This document shows, in pieces, positions 27,449 to 38,581 of a DNA stretch of 64,000 bases. Each line of letters opens with the position of its first letter. The stretch's first letter is position 1. This DNA comes from Octopus sinensis (lineage: Eukaryota). A program made the translations under genes and the position numbers. The stretch covers positions 34,782,001 to 34,846,000 of the forward strand of contig NC_043006.1 in NCBI RefSeq assembly GCF_006345805.1, given 5' to 3'. The notes below the pieces were generated by a model that was not told the origin of the DNA, did not search any database, and saw only the letters and a program-made list of their open reading frames with translations.

Positions 27449-28358
27449 GTAAGTATACACACCTCTTTATCTATTTGCCCCAGTGTCTATCAATATAAGT
27501 TTATCAGGCTGTCTAGAAGAATATATATTTCTGTGTAGTTGAAAGTTACTATTAAACTATATCTATTTAACTGTATATCAATTTCATGTGCGAGTGTGTG
27601 TGTGAGTAAATGTGCGTGTGAATGTGTGTGTGTCTGTGTTTGTATCAATCTTATATGTGCATATATATATAGGAGACCAAAGTGTACGTACGCCGCCATA
27701 TGTATATAAAAACAAATACAAAAAATAAAAGACGAACGCAAAACGTCCAGACAGTTAGATGATACAAAAAAGGGACAAGAAAAAAACAAGGATGGGTCAT
27801 TCAGAATTTTCTTTCCTCCGTCGAGTTCCAGATTATCTTTGCAATTTCGGCTGGCTATACTCGAGATTGCTCCAATTTGGCCAGCCCCAAGAAAAAAACT
27901 AAGCTAAGAACATTAGATTCGTTGGAAGAAAGCAGCGAATGTATACGAAAACAAGGACGGGAAAAAACGGAGAAATGTATGTATGTATGTATGTATGTAT
28001 GTATGTATGTATACAACTATCTATTTTTCTGTTCTATTTACTCAACATACGCAACATTTTACAATGCTTTTGTGGATAAGTTTGTATGATCATGTCAGCT
28101 GTGTAATTCTGTATCTAAATATTTAGCTATATTGCACAGTCACATATGCAGACACAAATGCATAAACACACGTGCACACGCATACATACAAACTCACACA
28201 CATACACATGTACGAACGCATGGACATAAATAACTGCGTGCATCATACGACAATTGCCATTTTCTCCCAGTTTTCACAACCTCGTTCTTTTTCTGTCTTT
28301 CTCTCTCAGTCTAAATCTCTTTCCCTCTCACTCCCTCTCTCACTCATTCAATCACTCT

Positions 28359-28430
<72 letters not shown>

Positions 28431-28814
28431 ACTTATGTTTATTTTTCTACTCTCATCTTAATGTAAGCAGTTTACTTTTCCGTCCTAAATTAAATTACAA
28501 CTAATGCAGAGTCACCTACATACATACAGGCTTACCCACACACAGACACACATACTTACTTCCTTACTTTCATGCATGCAGAAATATATGTGTGTATGTT
28601 TGTGCGTGTTAATACAGGTGTATATATATATATATATATATATGTATATAAACACACATATATGCATATATATGTGCATACTTATATATATATGCATATA
28701 AATATATACATATATATATATGTATGCACATATATATATGCATACATGTGTATGTATATATGCGCATATGTTTAAATAAATATCGAAATGTATCTATCAA
28801 CTATCAATTATATA

Positions 28815-28857
<43 letters not shown>

Positions 28858-28899
28858 TGTATATAAATATATACATATGTATATACATATATATATACT

Positions 28900-28955
<56 letters not shown>

Positions 28956-29465
28956 AAATGCTTTTTGTGCTGTAATAGAAGCAATTTTACATATTTGAAC
29001 AATTTTACAATACTTTTCGTAGAGTACAAATTTATTATTCTTTAAGAAGAATGCTGTTGACAGTAACTTTGACGTTTCAGCCATCTAAGCCATCATCAAA
29101 CTGTAAATAATTTAAGTTCATCTGTGTACATGTGTGTATACATATATAAATGTATCCCTAAATCATATGCGTGTTTGTGTGCACGTGCCTGTGTCCGTGT
29201 GTATGTACATGTGAGCGTGTGTGTGCATGCATATAAATAAGCTTATAGATATCTGATAATTGCCAACCACGACACGCTCCGTCCTTCAGTCACGACTGTA
29301 AATTTCTGCCGATAAGTAAAATAATTTTATCTCTATATAATAATATGAATAATATATAAATATATGCATATATACATACATTATTTATATATGTATATAT
29401 TCATATATTTGTATACTATATATATTATTATATGATCGAACGCCACGCATCCTTTTCCAAGTATG

Positions 29466-29496
<31 letters not shown>

Positions 29497-29504
29497 TATA
29501 TATA

Positions 29505-29544
<40 letters not shown>

Positions 29545-29651
29545 TATGTGTGTGTATGTATATGTGTGTGTGTATACTTATGCATCCAATATATTCAGTT
29601 TCCCTTCTTGCGGTTGCTCTTCCACGTCAATAGTTAAACAGACAGGCAGAC

Positions 29652-29730
<79 letters not shown>

Positions 29731-30517
29731 CTGACAGACAGAGAGATACATACATACATACATACATACATACATACATACATACATACATACATACATA
29801 CATACATACATACAGACAGACTTGAAACGATGAGGATGATGCGATTTAAGGAAGTGAAATATGGGTTTAGAAATTTGAAAGCAAAGGTGTAAGGGGAAAT
29901 ATGCAAATTGAAGTGTGGGAACAGGAACATGGTGTAATAAATAACAAACAAACGAGTAAATAGATAAATAACTATAGGGGGAAATAGATATCGTCATCAG
30001 CATCGCCATCGTCGTCATCATGGTTGTCGCCATCGTCGTCTTCGTGGTGGTGGTCGTCGTCATCACCGCCATCACGATTATCAGTATCATCGTCATCACC
30101 ATCATTACCGTCATCATCATCGTCACCAACAACTCCAACATCACCACTACCATCATCAACACCGCCGTCACCACTGCCATCACACCGTCATTATCACCCG
30201 CCTCAGTAGATTGTGTCAGATATTAATCACCTGCAATTTGTCAATATGTTCAGCAGAGCAAAAGAGAGAAAAACGTTAGAATTTCCTTTAAGGAATTCTT
30301 GCTGCCGTCTATATTTTTGGTTGGCTGCACTGGAAACGTAGACACCGGAACTGTTTCACTTGCAGCATTTTTCCCGCTGATTCTGTTTTATATGCTTCTC
30401 CTTTGTTGCAATCAATGATTCAACGAGCTAATTAGTTACTTTGAATAATGGTTTATATAGATTTGTGCGTCTATGTGTGTGTATACATACATATATAATA
30501 TAATATAATATAATATA

Positions 30518-30549
<32 letters not shown>

Positions 30550-30579
30550 TTGTATATATAAATATATATGTATATATTG

Positions 30580-30632
<53 letters not shown>

Positions 30633-31095
30633 TATATGTTTATATGTATGTGTATAATATATATACATATATAGCTTTATATATGTACATATATACATAC
30701 ATACGTACATACGTACATACGTACATACATACATACGGTAATAACAATAATATTAATATATATATTCTCCGATTTAGAGAATATTAACTGAAAAATATTG
30801 AGCTAACCCTAGCCAGAATCGAAGCCACATATCAACGCTTACATGGCTACATGCGCATCCGATTGGCCCAAAAGGTTATTCATCACTTTCAGCGAAAATT
30901 TACGTGTATATATATATATATATATATATATATGCTTAAACTGTCTAATACTATATGTAATATTTATAAACAAACTAGAAGGGTTTGTAAGTTACGGGAA
31001 GAAAGCGACTATGGAAGTCTATTAGGACAATAATAACTATAATAATATATAATAACAATGATATATATTCTCCGATTAAAAGCGACATATATATT

Positions 31096-31208
<113 letters not shown>

Positions 31209-31509
31209 TATATATAAATATATATGTATATATTGTATAAATATATATATATATATAAATACATAAAATATATATATTGTGTGTGTGTATTAGCACGTGT
31301 TTATGCATGTATTTATGGATGTGTAAATAATCTCGGGGGAACGCCAGTTTAAAAGTAGGCCTTGGCTTGCTAAATCATCCACACTGCCACCTATTGGCAG
31401 AACCCGAGAGATAGAGAAGTTTCCAAGAATATCCATAGCAACAGAAGCTGCTGCTGAGTGCAAAATCTCGGAGATTCAGCAAGTATTTCCACTGTGATCA
31501 TTTAACGTT

Positions 31510-31735
31510 GATCTTTTACTAGTTTTAGCCATTTGACTGCGGTCATGCTGGGGCACCGCCTTGTAGAAATTTTCATTGACGGAATCGCCCCCGGTACTTT
31601 TTTTTCTTTTTAACCTTGTTACCAAACAATTCTATCGGTTTGTGTTTCCGAATCGCTGAGCAACGGAGACGTAAACCAACCATCACTAGTTGTCAAGCTG
31701 TCGAAGGGGATAAACGCAAATACATACACGCACAT
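31510..31735 (-). mobile_element. Composite SINE 3' half, diverged
   Basis: tttgactgcggtcatgctggggcaccgcc..attctatcggt.. is the reverse complement of the family tail. Confidence 0.75.
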
Positions 31736-32794
31736 ACATACATACATTCATATATACATACAAACATACGTACGAGTGAGTGGTCAAATGAAAGAAGGGC
31801 ACTCAACAAATTTGTTGAGAGTTACATTTTATTTTGAATTTTAATTAAAAAAATGAAACCTTTAAATGTGACATCTGCCTCTCTTTTCAGGTCTGTGATT
31901 GTCAGTCTTTTCAGCTTTCGGTAAATAGAAATCTTTTGAATTTCACTTACACTACAGTGGCCGAGGGCTTTCTTTAGGGACAAAATCAAATATTAAAAAA
32001 ATTAATTATGACAGAGCTATAATAACGACAGTTTGTTTTTGCAATTTAATTACATAGTTAAATGTTTGGGTATTATCTAGTTAGTTTAATTATCTATATA
32101 ACTAATTAATCATGGACTTACCAGTTTAAGTAACAAGCATTTAGTTATCTCGTGAATTATTCAATTAGTAAAATATACTGGTCAATATTTTGTTTGTGAA
32201 ATAGATTCTTAATTATCTGTTAAACACTGACAACAAATGATTAATTAATTAAACATTTAAATACCTAGATAATTCATCAATACACTGAGTAGCTAATTAA
32301 ATAGTCGTTGTCGTTGTCTCTTAGTTAATTACAAAATAATCCAAACTGAATAATCTGTTAGTCACATAATTTGCATATTATAATCAGCTAGTTAATCATT
32401 TCACGGACTTTATTTATTTACTTTAATAATTGTTTATTTATTGATTTAGTTGCGACTTTTCAATTACATTGTAAATTAGTTGGTTAGCTACTTGATTAAT
32501 AAGCATGGTATTTAATGTGATAATTAGTTTAGTTTGTTAACTATGTCGCCAGGTATGTAGATCGAGAAATTTTATTAGATAGCTAACTGCTAATAAGCTA
32601 GCCAATTAATTAATTATATGACCACTTTGTAGTAGCTACCTAGCTAGCTAAGAAATCTAATGAATAATTAGTCGCCTAATTAATTATATAGCTAGTTAGA
32701 AAATCAATTATGTTGCAAATTTAGCAACTAGTCAGTCTATGTTATATTAGAGATTACGTAGCTTTATATGATATTTTTGTTTTTATCTTTTATC

Positions 32795-33020
32795 ATTTAA
32801 TTGTTTCAGTCATTGGACTGCGGCCATGCTGTGGCAGTGCCTTGAAAAATTTTTCGTCGAATGAATCAACACCAATACTTACGGTTTTTTTTAAAGCTTG
32901 GTACTTATTCTATCGGCATATTCTGCCGATCCGCTAAATTACGCATATGTTATCACAACAACGCAGATTGTCAGGTGGTTGTCGGGGACAAAACAGACAC
33001 AAAGACACACACACACACGA

Positions 33021-33054
<34 letters not shown>

Positions 33055-33205
33055 ACGTAGGACTTCTCTTACTTTCCATCTACCAAATCCACTCAAGGCT
33101 TTGGTCGGCTCCAGGTATAGCAAAATACATATGCCCAAAGTGCCACGCAGTGGAACTGAACTTGGAACCATGTGATCGGGAAGCAAAATTCTTACCATAC
33201 AGCCA
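32795..33205 (-). mobile_element. Composite SINE, full-length
   Basis: Tail, (TG)n centre and head are all present on the minus strand. Confidence 0.85.
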
Positions 33206-33299
33206 TGAATTACCTTTGTAATTTGTACCTTTGTAACATCAATTGTTGTTGATGTTACGGTTGTTGCTCTTCTTGGTGTTGTCGTTGATGCTTTTATTT

Positions 33300-33565
33300 A
33301 CATTATTTACATTCGACAGATATTTGTCCTCATCTTCTCCAGGTGTCTTGGGGGAAATTTCGAACCTGGGTTCTCATTCCTAAGGTATTTTTCGATGTTG
33401 TTGTTATTATTATTATTGTTGTTGTTGTTGTTGTTGCTGCTGCTGCCGTTGTTGTTGTTGTTATTGTTCAGATCACTCTTGGAATCGAACTCGGAATCTT
33501 GGGGTTAGTAGCTCGCGCTCTTAACCACTACACCATATGCCCGTGGGCATAGTGGTTAAGAGCGT
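33300..33565 (-). mobile_element. tRNA-headed SINE with internal (AAC)n and a fold-back at the 5' end
   Basis: Minus strand A-box TGGTGTAGTGG and B-box GAGTTCGATTCC. Inverted arms at 33516-33530 and 33550-33564. Confidence 0.7.
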
Positions 33566-33708
33566 GGTGGTGGTCGTCGTCGTCGTCGTGGAGGTGGTGG
33601 TGGTGTGTTTATAGCGAAGAGTATTTCTTTTTATCTATAACATTCTTCCACATGTGCGTAAAAGAATAATATTATTGTTTCTCAGAGAGGGGTGGATCTG
33701 AATGTTAG

Positions 33709-33925
33709 GTCTGGAGAGAGTCATTCTCTTTTGGTACGTTATAATTTAACACATTCATCGCTCAAATTTCCACTGCTTTTTTTATTTTTCTAAATTTTCG
33801 TTGCATCTTGGAAAGGTTGCAAGATGCAACGAAAATTTTAGAAAAATGAAAAAGAAATAAGTAGAAATTTTACTGGTGAGTGTGTTAAATTATAAGGCAC
33901 CAAAAGAGAGTGATTCTCCCCAGAC
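33709..33925. repeat. Imperfect palindrome, about 100-bp arms; dispersed family (related sequence at about 16995-17075)
   Basis: gtctggagagagtcattctcttttgg..ttttcgttgcatcttg / caagatgcaacgaaaa..ccaaaagagagtgattctccccagac. Confidence 0.85.
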
Positions 33926-33989
33926 ACAACAGAATATGTTTCAATACACTAACTCACATAAAGAATCTTTAAAACCAAATCCAAAAACG

Positions 33990-34028
<39 letters not shown>

Positions 34029-34029
34029 C

Positions 34030-34065
<36 letters not shown>

Positions 34066-34085
34066 ATTACTTATATTACTATAGA

Positions 34086-34130
<45 letters not shown>

Positions 34131-34471
34131 ATATGTATGTATGTGTGTGTGAACTATAAGACGTAAGAGACACAACTGAAACGCATTTTTTACGAGAGGT
34201 CGACGCAGTTAGAGCTAACCTTGGGCTATACAACAAATAATAAACTACTCAAAATGCTACGCAAGCAATTATTTAGTTAATCAGCTAGTTAATTATGCAG
34301 CTAATTAAAAACTCCCATTAGCAACTTAATTAGTTAGTGAGACAAATTTCTAGCTACCTAGCTCACTGGATAAATCGATAGCTAATTGTTTTAATTATAT
34401 GTAAATGAGACAGTTTCTAGCAAGTTTGTAATATAGTTACATAATAAATCATATTCAAGTATAACACATAT

Positions 34472-34800
34472 GAAAGGAGCACTCCGTTGGTTACAACGAC
34501 GAGGGTCCCAGCTGATACGATCAAGGGAACAGCTTGCTTGTGAAATTAACGTGCAAGTGGCTGAGCACCCCACAGACACGTGTGCCCTTAATGGAGTTCT
34601 CAGGGAGATTCAGCGTGACACAGAGTGTGATAAGGCCGACCCTTTGAAATACAGGTACTACTCATTTTTGCCAGCTGAGTGGACTGGAGCAACGTGAAAT
34701 AAAGTGTCTTGCTCAAGGACACAATGCGCTGCCGGGAATTGAACTCACGACCTTACGATCGTGAGCCGAATGCCCTAACTACTAAGCCATGCGCCTTCGC
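34472..34800 (-). mobile_element. Full-length tRNA-derived SINE with 11-bp target-site duplication
   Basis: Head ggcgcatggcttagtagttag..gagttcaattccc with the same core as 11592 and a different tail. ataacacatat occurs at both 34461-34471 and 34801-34811. Confidence 0.88.
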
Positions 34801-34937
34801 ATAACACATATACACACGTATACATACATACTGGTGCATGCACATGCACAAATACACTTATGTACATATACACACACACGTACACATATGTGTATGTATG
34901 TACATATGTATGAGTGTGCGTGTATATATATATATAG

Positions 34938-35002
<65 letters not shown>

Positions 35003-35004
35003 CT

Positions 35005-35490
35005 TACTTTATCGACCCCGAAAGGATGAAAGGCAAAGTCAATCTCGGCGGAATTTGAACTCAGAACGTTAAGACAGACGAAATACCTGTTTCTTTACTA
35101 CCCACAAGGGACTAAACACAGTGATGACAAACAGGGACAGGCAAACTGATTAAGTCGATTATATCGACCCCAGTGCGTAACAGGTATTCATTTAATCGAC
35201 CCCGTAAGGATGAAAGGCAAAGACGACCTCAGCGGAATTTGAATTCAGAATGTAAAGACAGACGAAATACCTATTTCTTTACTACCCACAAGGGGCTAAA
35301 CACAGAGGGACAAACGGATTAAGTCGATTATATCGACCCCAGTGCGTAACTGGTACTTAATTTATCGACCCCGAAATGATGAAAGGCAAAGTCGACCTCG
35401 GCGGAATTTGAACTCAGAACGTAATGACAGACGAAATACCGCTAAGCATTTCGCCCGGCGTGCTAACGTATCTGCCAGCTCGCCGCCTTA
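35005..35490 (-). mobile_element. tRNA-derived SINE with tandemly triplicated body
   Basis: Three copies of atcgaccccg.aa.gatgaaaggcaaag.c.acctc.gcggaatttgaa.tcagaa.gt..agacagacgaaatacc, with a single head at 35440-35490. Confidence 0.85.
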
Positions 35491-35754
35491 AACATCTTTA
35501 AATATAATAAAGTAAAGTTACCTTCTCGAGTTATATCACAAAGATTCCTCATTTTCGCCAGCTGAGTGGAGGAATGTGAAAGGAAGTGTTTTGCTCAAGA
35601 AAACAACGCGTCGCCCGGTTCGGAAATCGAAACCACAATCTTGTGGCCATGAGTCTAACCACTAAGCCACGTGTCTCCACATCTTTAAATACGACTAAAA
35701 GAGAACCGTTTCGTTAGAAACGTTTTGCTTGTGATTTCCATTGATTTAAGAAAA

Positions 35755-35905
35755 GTGACACCTTTGGCTTTCCTCCATAATTTAGGTGTTTATGTGTGAG
35801 GAAACACTTGCTGATGAATTTAAGCAGCCATATTCTGGATTCAGGTCTAAAATGCTTTAACACCTGTCTTCACACCGTCTCAAGACCGTTTAGTTTTTCT
35901 TATTG
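35755..35905 (-). pseudogene. Small decayed non-LTR RT fragment
   Basis: Manual translation with one frameshift: VLKHFRPESRIWLLKFISKCFLTHK/TPKLWRKAK, resembling the LINE pre-RT motif (WLL.LFN.C..IP..WRKAKV). Confidence 0.5.
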
Positions 35906-36124
35906 ATTCATAGTTTTACATCTTCTGGTAAGAACTTGTCAACACCTATCGTTTCCTCGTTTTCTAGAATATTGGTATCTCTTTGAAATTTGTCGCAACA
36001 CAACTCTAATTGCAAGAACGCAATTAGACTTATGAACTGGATGATTCTTCTCCTTTAGATGAGATTTCGTTTTTTATTTGGTGGCGGGGGCGGTTTTTTT
36101 TTTCCTCTTTGGCAGGTTTAAGCA

Positions 36125-36560
36125 CGGGTGTGTGGTATAGAAGCTCGCTTAGCAAAACTATATGGTTACGGGTTCAGACCCACTGCGTGGCACTTTGGAC
36201 AAACGTCTTCTACAATAGCTACAGGCTGACTAATCAATGCCTTGTGAGGGAATTTGCCTAACGGAAATTGTATGGAAACCCATTGTGTGTGTTTGTATGT
36301 ATGTATGGGTGTATGTGTGTGTGTTTGTATCTGTGTGTCTTTGTAGCTGTGTGTGTGCATCTGCGTGTGCGTTTGTTCCTTCAATCGCCTGGCAACCAGT
36401 GTTAGTTTGTTTACATCCCTTTGACCTAACGGTTCGGTAAAGGAGACCAATAGAATAAGTCCCAGACTTACCAATAAACAGTGGCGCCGATTTGTTCGAT
36501 TGAAACCGTTCAAGGCGGTGCCCCAGTATGGCCGCAGTCCTATGGCTGAAACAATTAAAA
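36125..36560 (+). mobile_element. Composite SINE, full-length, diverged
   Basis: Head, (TG)n centre and tail ggcggtgccccagtatggccgcagtcctatggctgaaac. Confidence 0.85.
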
Positions 36561-37179
36561 GAGACCAGAGAGAATAGCAGTTGTAATGTGAGGTGCGAGG
36601 AGAGAGAGATGCGCGCTCCACAAGAGTTTTATAGAGGATGGATGAGAGGGGCGAACTTGGCCTAACTACATGGGCCCATACTAACTACGTGGCTGTACCC
36701 TGACCACAAAAACTGAGAGAAGTTATTTTCATTTGATATATTGAGGTAATCTATTCATATGTGGGTACCCTAACTTAAGTTTCCCCTGTCATTTGAGAGC
36801 TCTCATTTTTGCCGAAGTCTTTTTTGGCTTTCGTCTTTACGGGGTCGATGAAATAAATAGCAGTTGAGTACTGGGGATCGATGTAATCGAATTAACCCCT
36901 CCTGCAAAATTTCAAACGTTGTGCCTGTAGTAGAGAGGGTTATTTAATGTTGTTGTTGCTGTTTCAATCTAGGAGAGACAATCACCGAAACAACACTTAT
37001 TCAATTAATCTTCCTATAGCAACTTATTAAATTACAATCCGTCCCGAACTAATCTACTGAATAAATTGAATGTCTGCAGTAAGACAATAAACAACTATTA
37101 GAAGAGAAAAAAACACGCTTGTTTATACCTTCATACATATGTATATATCGGTGTGTGTGTATGTGTGTGTGTGTGTGTG

Positions 37180-37212
<33 letters not shown>

Positions 37213-37725
37213 TGTGTGTGTACGTGTGTGTTTTCATGTTTTTAATATATACTGCCTTGTTTTTATACAATGACTTGGTCCATTTGTGATCTTTGTTGCT
37301 TGATTGTTAGCCGGTTATTTGATTTCAGCGACTTTTATTAAGATTCACGTACCTCTTTAATTGTGCCTCTTCGTTTCACTTGTGAATAAATGAATAAATA
37401 AGTTGGTGCGTTAAACGGTCGGCTTTAAACACCAGGCTTCTTCTTCGATGTGCGATTGCATAGGTTTGACAGTGTCTGTTTGCGTGGCATATGTGTACGT
37501 GTGGCATACATGTGCATGTTTTCATCTGTGTTTGTGTGTTTGTGTGTGTGTGTGCGTGCGTGTCCTCGTATGTATTCATGAATTTTTGCATGCGTGTTCG
37601 TATACAGCAGTTTATATTGCCGAACTCCAATAACGAATGCGAGAATTGCCAAACATTTATAGCGTACTCTCGAATATATTATGCTGAACAGATAGACAGG
37701 TATGAAGACAGACAGACAGACAGAC

Positions 37726-37806
<81 letters not shown>

Positions 37807-37828
37807 TAGATAGATAGATAGATAGATG

Positions 37829-37999
37829 ATAAAGTGAAAGATAGATCTGTTCTTTATTAGCCACACAGGACCGCACACAGACGGGACAATTACAGGTAGA
37901 ACTTTTCTTTTGGGGATGGATAAAAAAAGGGTTTGGGTTTTTTCGATCAAGAGATCGTAAAAGGAAAGAAAGAGGAAGCAAAAAAAAGTGGGGGAGACT
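37829..37999 (-). mobile_element. Tx1-related 3'-terminal mini-element A in (GATA)n
   Basis: Shares ctttattagccacacagg..gcacacaga..acaattaca.ggtaga.cttttctttt and the cgatc..gatcg motif with the 3' end of the long element. Flanked by (GATA)n on both sides. Confidence 0.8.
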
Positions 38000-38062
<63 letters not shown>

Positions 38063-38581
38063 GGATAGATGGATAGATAGATAGATAGATAGATAGATAG
38101 AGATAGATAGATAGATAGATTGATAGATAGATAGATAGATAGATGGATATGTTTCTTTATTAGCCACACAGGGCTGCACACAGATAGAACAAATTACAAG
38201 GTAGAGCTTTTCTTTTGAAGGTTTAAAAAAAATAAAAAATAAAAATAAAAATAAAATAAAAAATAAGAAAAAAATAAAATAAAATAAAAATAAAATAAAA
38301 AAAGGGGGGGTCGATCAAAAGGGATCGTAAAAGGAGAGAAAGAGGACAAAAAAAAAAGGGGGGGGTTAAAAAAAAGGGGGGAGGAAAAAAAATTGATCAA
38401 TAGGGATCGTTATCACAGAAATGTCAATATGAAGTGTAAAGGGGGGACAGGTGAGGTTTACCCGTGGAAAGAAAAGCCTACGGAAAAGACCACGGTAACC
38501 TCGGTCAATGAAGTCACATGTTATATTTCTTTTTTTTTTTTTTTTTGCAAATAAGCAACTCTCTGTATTAATTTTTACGGT

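Noticed and set aside
29050-29100. Minus-strand TTGATGA..GGCT-GAAA-CG-TC motif
   Set aside because: C3 is missing, and stems I and II pair poorly.
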